64,000 bases of DNA from Candidatus Woesearchaeota archaeon (GTDB lineage Archaea; Nanobdellota; Nanobdellia; Woesearchaeales; GW2011-AR15). The DNA is taken from NCBI GenBank assembly GCA_038874655.1, contig JAVZBY010000004.1:18645-82644 (forward strand). Reading direction: 5' to 3'. A program made the translations under genes and the position numbers. Below, one piece after another: positions 30,798 to 39,218 of the stretch (position 1 is the stretch's first letter; every line of letters begins with the position of its first letter). Below the pieces are notes generated by a model. The model did not search any database. It saw only the letters and a list, made by a program, of their open reading frames with translations, and was not told the origin of the DNA.

Positions 30798-32552
30798 TTA
30801 AAAATTAATTAAAGGTATTATATCTGAAATTTTTAACTTTTTTCTTGTAATTAATAATCTAGCAAAAAAGAACAACAAAAAAAAGAAAAATATTATCAAA
30901 GTTTCTTTTACTAAAAACATTAAATTTAGTTCATTCAATAAAATTAAATCTCTTAACAAAGAGATTCCATGTGTCATTGGCATAAAAGGTGATATAAATT
31001 GAAAAAACCCTGGAGAAGTTTCAATTGGAAAAGTTCCTGCTCCAGAAGTAAGTTGAAGCATCAATAAAATTATAGCAATGATTTGTCCTATTTTTCCAAA
31101 TAAAACCATAACAAATTGAATTATAGCTAAAAATGTCCATGATAAAAATACTGTATAAATTAAAAAAAGTAAAATATTTTTAGGTTGTAATCCTATAAAA
31201 AGAATTAATGAAAAATCCAAAATTAATGCTTGTAATAAAGCCAAAATTGCTGGAAAAATTGATTTGCCTAATGTAATAGAAAAATCTGAAAATTTTGAAA
31301 TAATTAAACTATTATCTCTCTGATTTACAAATATCATAATAATTAACGCACCAACCCACAATGCAAGTAATATAAAATAAGGAGATAATGCTTCTCCATA
31401 AGTTTCTGCATTATCTTTACTTACATCAATGACAATAACAGGATTAAACAACATTTCTGATTTTTCCCTTATTTTCTGTTCAGAAAAATCCTTTTTCAAA
31501 TTATCACTTGCTTTTGCTAATTCTGAACTCAACTCATTTGAACCGTAATAAGACAACTTTATTCCATTTTCTAAAGTTGAAATACCTCTTTCTAATTTTC
31601 TAGAACCCTCTCTTAATTTTTGGCTTCCTTCATAAATCTTCTCTAAATTTTCACTTAACTTATATGAGCTTAAATAAACCTCATTATGCGCATTAACAAA
31701 AACAGAATTTTGTTTTTTCAAAAATTCCATTTTTAATTTATAACTAGGATCTATTACACCTTTATCTGCCAATGAAGAGATTAAAACAGATAATTCATCT
31801 ATATTTGAAGAAAATTGTTTGCTTCCTTCATATAATCTTTTATTTGCCTCTGCTAATTTTTCTGAACCATCTTTTACTTTATTTAAATAAAAACTTATAT
31901 CTTCAATCCCTTCACTTAATTGATTACTTCCTTCTTTTAAAAGATTGCTTCCTGACTTTAATTTTTTAATTCCATTGCTTAAATCAGTTGAAACATCAGA
32001 AGCTTCAGACATATTATTTAGTAAAGATTCTGAAATTGGAATAATTTCATCTACATACTTATCTCTTATTTTTTCCTTCAAAGAATTATTTAACTCTTTA
32101 ACTATTTCAAAACTTATTCTAGAACCTAAAAAATTATTAACATCTCTTTTCTCAAAAAATATTTCTGCTTTAACTGGCTCTTCTTTTATAGAAAAAACAT
32201 TTTTAGTAAAATCTTTTGGTATAATTATAATTCCATAATATTTCTTATTATATAATCCGCTCATAGCTTCATCATAATTAATAAAATAAAAATTAAAGTC
32301 CTTATTTTTCATTTCATCAATTAGCTCATCACCTAAATTTCTGTAATCACCATTATAAATATAACCTAAATCTTGATTAACAACTGCTATTGGTAAATTT
32401 TTAACATTTCCATAAGGATCCCAAAAAGCCCATAAATAAAGAAAACCATAAATTAAAGGAATAAGTAAAATAACAATTATAGCCAAAATCTTAAAAGGAT
32501 CTCTTAAATATTTTTTAATTTCTGAAATTGCAATAAATAAGCTATCTTTCAT
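30798..32552 (-). CDS. YhgE/Pip family ABC-2 type membrane protein
   Basis: YLWAFWDPYG; LPIAVVNQD; YGEALSPYF; LQLTSGAGTFPIE; AGGTG SD before ATG 32552. Confidence 0.9.
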   Translation of the reverse strand: MKDSLFIAISEIKKYLRDPFKILAIIVILLIPLIYGFLYLWAFWDPYGNVKNLPIAVVNQDLGYIYNGDYRNLGDELIDEMKNKDFNFYFINYDEAMSGLYNKKYYGIIIIPKDFTKNVFSIKEEPVKAEIFFEKRDVNNFLGSRISFEIVKELNNSLKEKIRDKYVDEIIPISESLLNNMSEASDVSTDLSNGIKKLKSGSNLLKEGSNQLSEGIEDISFYLNKVKDGSEKLAEANKRLYEGSKQFSSNIDELSVLISSLADKGVIDPSYKLKMEFLKKQNSVFVNAHNEVYLSSYKLSENLEKIYEGSQKLREGSRKLERGISTLENGIKLSYYGSNELSSELAKASDNLKKDFSEQKIREKSEMLFNPVIVIDVSKDNAETYGEALSPYFILLALWVGALIIMIFVNQRDNSLIISKFSDFSITLGKSIFPAILALLQALILDFSLILFIGLQPKNILLFLIYTVFLSWTFLAIIQFVMVLFGKIGQIIAIILLMLQLTSGAGTFPIETSPGFFQFISPFMPMTHGISLLRDLILLNELNLMFLVKETLIIFFFFLLFFFARLLITRKKLKISDIIPLINF

Positions 32553-32591
32553 TATAAACACCTAATTTATACCTTTTGTTTATGTTTAATT

Positions 32592-33281
32592 TTAAATTAT
32601 GTTTAATTCTCCTTTTTCAATAAAAAGTACTCTATTAGCAATCATTAACTCTTGTTTTCTTTTTGTCGTGAAAATAAGAGTTTTTTCTTTAATTAAAGGT
32701 TCTATCTTTTTCCAAAAAAATATCATATTATCTTCACTCAATTCTTTTGTAATTTCGTCTAATAACAAAACTTCTGGATCAGAAATATATGCTATCAAAA
32801 AAGATATGAATGCTTTTTCAACAGCACTTAAATCTTTAATACTTTTATTTGATATTTCAAACAATTTCAAAAAATTTTTTATCTTATCATTAGAAAAGGA
32901 AAGTTTTAAGCTTTTAGCATAATATTCAAGAATTTCAAAAATATCAAAATCCTCAAAAATAGGTTTAATATTTTCTATAGCTGAAACTCCTATCTTAAGT
33001 TTAATATCTGCTTTTTCATAAAAAATAATCTCTCCTTTATGTTCTAAAAAACCTGCCATGCATAAAATTAATAAGGTTTTTCCACTCCCAGAATCACCAT
33101 AAATTGCAATTTTTTCTTTTTCAAAAACTTCAAATGAAATACCCTTTAGTAGTGGTTTATTAAAAAAATATAAACTTAGATTATTTACTTGTAAAATTCT
33201 TTTTCTAGTTAAGTTATCTTTTTTAAAATTGAAATAATACTTTGATTTATTCTCTATATTTAACATAATAAAAGAGAACAA
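32592..33281 (-). CDS. ABC transporter ATP-binding protein (degenerate signature and H-loop)
   Basis: Walker A GDSGSGKT; Walker B LLLDE; LSAVE signature; TTKR in place of the H-loop. Confidence 0.8.
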   Translation of the reverse strand: MFSFIMLNIENKSKYYFNFKKDNLTRKRILQVNNLSLYFFNKPLLKGISFEVFEKEKIAIYGDSGSGKTLLILCMAGFLEHKGEIIFYEKADIKLKIGVSAIENIKPIFEDFDIFEILEYYAKSLKLSFSNDKIKNFLKLFEISNKSIKDLSAVEKAFISFLIAYISDPEVLLLDEITKELSEDNMIFFWKKIEPLIKEKTLIFTTKRKQELMIANRVLFIEKGELNII

Positions 33282-33360
33282 AAAACCTATTTATAAAATT
33301 AACCACTTTATAGTAGTTTTAAAACTATTTATAGTATTTTTAAAAGTTTGAAAGTTAAAA

Positions 33361-33433
33361 TGGGCCCGCCCAGACTCGAACTGGGGACCTACTCCGTGTA
33401 AGGGAGTTGTCATAGCCACTAGACCACGAGCCC
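33361..33433 (-). tRNA. tRNA-Val(TAC)
   Basis: GGGCTCG...ACTCC CTTACAC GGAGT...CCCAG TTCGAGT CTGGG CGGGCCC A cloverleaf. Confidence 0.95.
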
Positions 33434-33473
33434 AAAACTAAAAAAATTAAAAAATAAAATAATAAAAACATAT

Positions 33474-34067
33474 CTAAATTTGGTTTTGTTTATTTAATTT
33501 AGAGTTATTTGCATTTCTACTAGGTCTTATTTTTTCTGCTCCTTTTCCTTTATTTCTTAAACCTCTTGATTTTTTTGCTGATGAAGTTAATCCACGATAA
33601 ACTCTACCTTTATTAGCTGGATTTTTTAACCATTCAAAATAATGTCTTGATAAAACCTCTGGATGATTTCTATCTACCATAATAATTTCATACCAAAGAT
33701 ATCTACCATCCTCTCCAACCCAATAAGAATTTAAAACCTCGCAATTGGGATATTTTTTATTTGCTCTTTGTTCTGCAACTGTTTGATAATTCATCTCTAA
33801 AATTTTTCTTTGTCTTTGTGTTTTAGGTCTTCTTGCTTTTCTTATTGTTGGTCTCATTCGACCTCCTCTAGAAACTCTTTGCCTAACAATAAAAACTCCT
33901 TGAATTGCTTTATAACCTAATTCTCTTGCCTTATCTATTCTTGTTGGTTTTTCAATCCTGACTGTTACAGGTTCATTTCTCCATTGTATTAATCTTTGTT
34001 TCCAGAGCTCAGAAAGATTTTCTCTAGGTTTTTTCCACAAATTTTTCACATATTTATATAAACCCAT
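33474..34067 (-). CDS. rpl15e: 50S ribosomal protein eL15
   Basis: PTRIDKARELGYKA; EVLNSYWVGEDG; RGLTSS; ATG 34067 after GAAGGTGA. Confidence 0.97.
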   Translation of the reverse strand: MGLYKYVKNLWKKPRENLSELWKQRLIQWRNEPVTVRIEKPTRIDKARELGYKAIQGVFIVRQRVSRGGRMRPTIRKARRPKTQRQRKILEMNYQTVAEQRANKKYPNCEVLNSYWVGEDGRYLWYEIIMVDRNHPEVLSRHYFEWLKNPANKGRVYRGLTSSAKKSRGLRNKGKGAEKIRPSRNANNSKLNKQNQI

Positions 34068-34079
34068 TTTATTCACCTT

Positions 34080-34114
34080 CCAGATTCAGGAGCCTTTTGG
34101 CTTATCCCACATCT
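34080..34114 (-). promoter_or_regulatory. Structured 5' leader of rpl15e
   Basis: AGAT..GGA..AGCC AAAA GGCT CC..ATCT hairpin abutting the SD. Confidence 0.45.
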
Positions 34115-34187
34115 CTTTTCATTTGAAAAAAGAAATACTTTATAAATTTTAGGTAAATTTTTAAATAAACATTAAATCTAAAATAAT

Positions 34188-34250
34188 GCTGAGGCTAAAA
34201 GCCTTGGGTTTCATCATTAATATGATGATTAAAGACTTTCTAGCTTCAGC
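34188..34250 (+). ncRNA. 63-nt hairpin at the predicted start of the rps6e transcript (leader or small RNA)
   Basis: GCTGAGGCTA/TAGCTTCAGC stem; AAAG.CTT/AAG.CTTT middle; TCATCAT TAAT ATGATGA apex; about 20 nt after TTTTTAAATA. Confidence 0.5.
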
Positions 34251-34304
34251 CAGGAAATTTTAAAAAAATTAGAAAAACTTAACAAAATAAATTAAGGTGA
34301 AAGA

Positions 34305-34706
34305 ATGGCTGAATTTAAATTAGTTATAGGAGATCCTAAAACAGGAAAATCTTTACAAATTGTTGTATCTGGCGATAATGCAAAAGCATTTATTGGAAAA
34401 AAGATTGGAGATAAAATAAATGGCGAATCTTTTGACATGCCAGGCTATGAATTTGAAATTAGAGGTGGAGCAGATTATTGCGGTTTTCCAATGAGAAAAG
34501 ATATTGAAGGTCCAATAAGAAAAAAGATTTTTATCACAAGTGGAATTGGAATAAGAAACAAAAACAAAGGAAATAAATACAAAAAAACAGTGTGTGGAAA
34601 CACAATTCACGAAAAAATAACTCAGATTTCAATGAAAGTTATTAAATATGGAAAAAAACCATTATTCCCAGAAGCAGAACAAAAAACAGAACAACAAAAT
34701 TCTTAA
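34305..34706 (+). CDS. rps6e: 30S ribosomal protein eS6
   Basis: FKLVIGDPKTGKS; IRGGADYCGFPMRKD. Confidence 0.96.
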   Translation: MAEFKLVIGDPKTGKSLQIVVSGDNAKAFIGKKIGDKINGESFDMPGYEFEIRGGADYCGFPMRKDIEGPIRKKIFITSGIGIRNKNKGNKYKKTVCGNTIHEKITQISMKVIKYGKKPLFPEAEQKTEQQNS

Positions 34707-34820
34707 TTTTTTTCAATTCTTTTTTCAATTCTATTTTTTTTTATTATATGATTTTTTAAATAAGATCTATAGCAAATTTTAAACTAAATTAGGATGTTAG
34801 TTAAACATATTTATTAGGGT

Positions 34821-35531
34821 TTAACCATTAAAATATGTAGAAAGTTCTTCTAAATCTCTTAAACTTGTAAAATTATTATTTCCTATTATAACATGATCTA
34901 AAAGAGGAATTGAAACTAGTTTACATGCATTCGCTATTATTTTTGTAATTTCAATATCCTCTAAACTTGGTGTTGAATCTCCAGATGGATGATTATGCAC
35001 TAAAATAATTGCAGAAGCAGATTCCATAATCGCACTTTTTAAAATCTCTCTTGGATGAATTAAGCTACTATCCAATGTTCCAATAAACATAATCTCTTTT
35101 TTTATTAATCTTTTTTTCACATCCAAAAACAAACATAAGAAATGCTCTTTCTTTTCAATAGAAAATCTAGCATGTAATAAATTAAAAACATCATTCGGCT
35201 CTTTAATCAAGGGTTTTTCATCATCCTTAAAAGAAGCTAATCTTCTTGATAATTCAAAACAAGCAACAATTTGACAAGCTTTTGCAAAACCAATTCCTTT
35301 AATTTTTAACAACTCATTTATTGATTTAATTGATAATTGCTTTAAATTATAAATAGACAATATCTCATTAGCTAAATCTAATACATTCTTTTCCTTTGTG
35401 CCTTTATTAAGGATAATTGCTAATAACTCAGCATTACTTAATGAGTTTACTCCATATTTAAACAATCTTTCTCTAGGTTTACTTTCAAATGGAAACTCCT
35501 TTATTGTTAATTTTTTATTAAGTTTATTCAT
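34821..35531 (-). CDS. radC: RadC/JAB-domain protein
   Basis: PRERL; AELLAIIL; HPREI; HNHPSGD..PS.ED; LLDHVIIG. Confidence 0.93.
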   Translation of the reverse strand: MNKLNKKLTIKEFPFESKPRERLFKYGVNSLSNAELLAIILNKGTKEKNVLDLANEILSIYNLKQLSIKSINELLKIKGIGFAKACQIVACFELSRRLASFKDDEKPLIKEPNDVFNLLHARFSIEKKEHFLCLFLDVKKRLIKKEIMFIGTLDSSLIHPREILKSAIMESASAIILVHNHPSGDSTPSLEDIEITKIIANACKLVSIPLLDHVIIGNNNFTSLRDLEELSTYFNG

Positions 35532-35743
35532 TTTACCCTTTTATTAGTAAAAAAATAATAAAATTAAATAATTTTTGTTTTTGAATTAGATTTTTACATA
35601 AAAGGAATAAATAATTACTCATTAATTAAAAATAAAAATGCCCTAGATTTTCTATAAAACTATTAAGAAATAAAATTAAAAAAACATTAAAAAAATTAAA
35701 AAGTAGTTAATTTTATAAAGGATTTATTTTTCTTAAAAAATTT

Positions 35744-36265
35744 ATGGCAAGATTAAGAAAATTTGTATGTTATAGGCGCTTAGAAAGGCCAAATACAAGA
35801 AAATCTAAGTATAGAAAAAAATCATTTGTTAGAGGTAATCCTGTTTGTAAAGTTGTAAAATTCAATATTGGTAATTTAAGTGGTAATTTTTCTCATAGAG
35901 TTGACTTATATGTAAAAGAAGCTTTACAAATAAGAGATAATGCCTTAGAATCTGGAAGAACAACAGCAACAAGATTATTAGAAAAAACATTAGGAAAAAA
36001 CGGATTTAGATTACAAGTAAGAACATATCCTCATCACATTTTAAGAGAACACGCATTGGCAGCTGGTGCAGGTGCAGACAGATTTAGTTCTGGAATGGCA
36101 CACTCTTTTGGAAAACCAATAGGAAATGCAGTTCAACTAAAAGAAAAACAAGTAATAATTTCTGTTTATGTAAATGAACAAAACATTCCAGTTGCTAGAG
36201 AAGCATTAAAAAAAGCTAACTATAAATTACCAACAACTTGTGGTATTTCTGTAAATAAAATTTAA
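35744..36265 (+). CDS. rpl10e: 50S ribosomal protein uL16 (L10e)
   Basis: YPHHILRE; GAGADRFSSGMAHSFGKP. Confidence 0.97.
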   Translation: MARLRKFVCYRRLERPNTRKSKYRKKSFVRGNPVCKVVKFNIGNLSGNFSHRVDLYVKEALQIRDNALESGRTTATRLLEKTLGKNGFRLQVRTYPHHILREHALAAGAGADRFSSGMAHSFGKPIGNAVQLKEKQVIISVYVNEQNIPVAREALKKANYKLPTTCGISVNKI

Positions 36266-36312
36266 TAAACAAAAAATTAAATTTATTTTTTGTTTTTAAT
36301 TTAAATTTTTTT

Positions 36313-37299
36313 TCAAACACTCTTATTGTTATAATTGTTTAAAATTAAATTTTTTAATGTCTCTACATCTATAAAAATTTGAAAATTTTTTTCATAATTG
36401 TCTTCTATTAACTTAACAGATTCTTGTATTTCTTCATCTCTTAAATCTGTTTTACTTATATAAATAACAAATGGTTTATGAAACTTCCTTAAAGCATATA
36501 ATAATTTATCTTGTTTTTCAAATTCATCTGTTGGATCAAAAACAAAAACAACCAAATCTGCAACATATTTTAAAGCCAAATATGCTTGTAATTCTATATT
36601 ATTCATTTTTTCTGGTCTATTTAATGTTCCTGGCGTATCTATTACTTGAACTGTTTTTCCACCTTCTTTAATATAACCTAAATTTAATGACTTTGTTGTA
36701 AAAGGATAAGAATTTATTTCTGGTTTAGAACTAGTTAATCTTGATAACAAAGTTGTTTTTCCAACATTTGGAAAACCAAACAAACAAACAGAATAAACCG
36801 AAGTTTTAATAACTGGAAATTCTTTAAAAACCTTTCTTGCTTCTTCTAAATAAATTAAATGTTTTTTTATTTGTTTAACCACACTAGAAATTCTACCATA
36901 AAATTCTCTTGAATGATTTTTTATTGATAAATACTCCTTATCCTGTTTTATTTTATTCTTGTAAAAATTGAAAAAATAATCAAATTTTTCATTAGCCCAT
37001 GATAAGCTAGCTAATGATTTTTTTAAATAAACATAATCTAATGTACATTTTACTAATTCTTTATAAAACTCATTCAAACTATCAATATTAGGAAAATTAT
37101 GTATAATTTTTTTAAATTCATCTTTTAAAAATGTTCTTACAAAATCTATTTTTTGTATTTCAATTTCTCTCAACTTTTTTAATTCGTCATTTATCTTTAA
37201 TGATTTTTTTAATCCTGATGAAAATTTTTTTGCTTTTCTAAAAGCTAAATCTAAATAAAAATCAGAAGATTCTATCTTTTTTATATCTTGAAAGCTCAT
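36313..37299 (-). CDS. NOG1-family GTPase
   Basis: GFPNVGKT; YPFTTK; DTPG; MNNIELQA; SKTD. Confidence 0.92.
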   Translation of the reverse strand: MSFQDIKKIESSDFYLDLAFRKAKKFSSGLKKSLKINDELKKLREIEIQKIDFVRTFLKDEFKKIIHNFPNIDSLNEFYKELVKCTLDYVYLKKSLASLSWANEKFDYFFNFYKNKIKQDKEYLSIKNHSREFYGRISSVVKQIKKHLIYLEEARKVFKEFPVIKTSVYSVCLFGFPNVGKTTLLSRLTSSKPEINSYPFTTKSLNLGYIKEGGKTVQVIDTPGTLNRPEKMNNIELQAYLALKYVADLVVFVFDPTDEFEKQDKLLYALRKFHKPFVIYISKTDLRDEEIQESVKLIEDNYEKNFQIFIDVETLKNLILNNYNNKSV

Positions 37300-37385
37300 A
37301 AAACAAAAGAAAGAGATTTCATTTATAAAAGTTTATAATATAAAAGGTTCTAATGCAATAATCTAATAATAAAAAATAAAAAAAA

Positions 37386-37961
37386 TTAAACAAATGGCTT
37401 TATAATTTCATATAACAAACTCAAAATCGGCAAATAAATAATCAAATTAGAAATAAACTGAGTAACTTGATGCATTGTAACTTCAACTGGATCGTATAAC
37501 TTAATAAAAACTACAAATGCCAAGATTGTTCTTAAAATTAATGTCAAAAAAAAGAATTGCACAAAACTTAAATGCATTGTTGGATTTATTAAACCAATTA
37601 AAAAAGCAGAAATTCCTGCTACTATTGGTGCTAAAATATAGCCTGGTGAAATAAAACTGTTTAAAGCATAACAACTAATTCCAACTATAGGACCATATAT
37701 TAAACCATATTTTGCTCCAAAAACATAACCTATAAAAAAAGTAAAAGCTGTATTACTTTCTATAGAAATATTTGGTATCATTTTACTATATCTAATTGTA
37801 AGAAAAGTAAACGGCAAAAAAATAGCTAAAAGTGCTATACCAATAACATATTTAGCCCATATAAGAAAAGCAACAAGAACAAGAACGGAAATTAAAAGAA
37901 CTCTTATATTGAGATATTTTTGTACTTTTTTTTTAAACTCTTCTCTATTAAATCTATCCAT
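37386..37961 (-). CDS. Hypothetical membrane protein (possibly ECF S-component-like)
   Basis: About 6 TM segments; GYVFGAKYG. Confidence 0.6.
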   Translation of the reverse strand: MDRFNREEFKKKVQKYLNIRVLLISVLVLVAFLIWAKYVIGIALLAIFLPFTFLTIRYSKMIPNISIESNTAFTFFIGYVFGAKYGLIYGPIVGISCYALNSFISPGYILAPIVAGISAFLIGLINPTMHLSFVQFFFLTLILRTILAFVVFIKLYDPVEVTMHQVTQFISNLIIYLPILSLLYEIIKPFV

Positions 37962-38071
37962 TAAAATTATAAGATAATATCAAATGTTTTTAAATCTTTG
38001 GAATTAATGAAATCTTTAATTAATAACTATTTGAATTAAATAATTTTAAATAAATTAAAATACTCTAAAAA

Positions 38072-39118
38072 ATGATGATTAAAAATATGAACAACAACAC
38101 TATTAATTCAAATACTAATAATTCAAATAAAACCAATAAATATTTACTACCTTTTGAAACTATAAAAAGAAGTGTCTTAATAAGAAAAATTTCTGAGACA
38201 AGTGAAAAATTTGGTTGCTATCCTGAAAACAGAAAAATTGAAGAGCACATAAAATTAGGAATAGTTAATATTGATAAACCACAAGGTCCTACGAGTCATC
38301 AAGTAAGTGCTTATGTGCAAAAAATTCTAAACATAAACAAAAGTGGTCATGCTGGAACACTAGATCCTAATGTAACAGGTGTTCTACCAATTGCTTTAGA
38401 AAAAAGCACTAAAATAGTACAAACACTACTTTTAGCAGGAAAAGAATATGTTTGTTTAATGCATCTTCACAAAAAAGTTGAGGAATATGAATTATATAAA
38501 GTTTTAGACAAATTTACTGGGAAAATAAATCAATTACCACCTGTAAAAAGTGCAGTCAAAAGACAATTACGAGAAAGAGAAATTTATTATATAGAGGTTT
38601 TAGAGATTAAAGACCAAGATGTTTTATTCAAAGTTGGTTGTCAAGCAGGAACTTATATAAGAAAATTAGTGCATGATATTGGTAAAGAATTAAATTGTGG
38701 TGCTCATATGGCTGAACTAAGAAGAACAAAAGCAGGACCTTTTAATGAAACAACTTTAACTACACTACAAGATTTAACAGATGCTTATTATTACTATAAA
38801 CAAGGAAATGAAAAATTTTTGAGAAAAATCATTCTTCCTATTGAATACGGAGTATCACATTTACCAAAAATTTGGGTTATGGATACAACAGTTGATACAT
38901 TATGTCATGGCGCTTCTTTAGCTGTTCCAGGAGTATCAAAGCTAGAAACAGGCATTAATAAAGGTGATATTGTCGCTATATTCACTTTAAAAAATGAACT
39001 TATTTGTTTTGGTGAAGCTTTATTAAGCTCTAAAGAGATGATGGGTGAAAAAGGTTTAGCAGTAAAAACTGATAAAGTTGTAATGGAACCTGGTGTTTAT
39101 CCTAAAATAAATAAATAA
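38072..39118 (+). CDS. cbf5: RNA-guided pseudouridine synthase Cbf5
   Basis: IDKPQGPTSHQV; GHAGTLDP; GTYIRKL; C-terminal PUA domain. Confidence 0.96.
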   Translation: MMIKNMNNNTINSNTNNSNKTNKYLLPFETIKRSVLIRKISETSEKFGCYPENRKIEEHIKLGIVNIDKPQGPTSHQVSAYVQKILNINKSGHAGTLDPNVTGVLPIALEKSTKIVQTLLLAGKEYVCLMHLHKKVEEYELYKVLDKFTGKINQLPPVKSAVKRQLREREIYYIEVLEIKDQDVLFKVGCQAGTYIRKLVHDIGKELNCGAHMAELRRTKAGPFNETTLTTLQDLTDAYYYYKQGNEKFLRKIILPIEYGVSHLPKIWVMDTTVDTLCHGASLAVPGVSKLETGINKGDIVAIFTLKNELICFGEALLSSKEMMGEKGLAVKTDKVVMEPGVYPKINK

Positions 39119-39218
39119 CTTAAAAAATTTTATAAAATTTTTTTAATAACTTCAACCAAACTTGAAATTAACACAAAGTATATTAAAAAGGTTTTCTTAC
39201 ATAATTTTGGTGATAATA

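Noticed and set aside
34821-35531. radC as a marker of a mobile element
   Set aside because: Full-length chromosomal form between ribosomal protein genes, with no integrase or transposase nearby.
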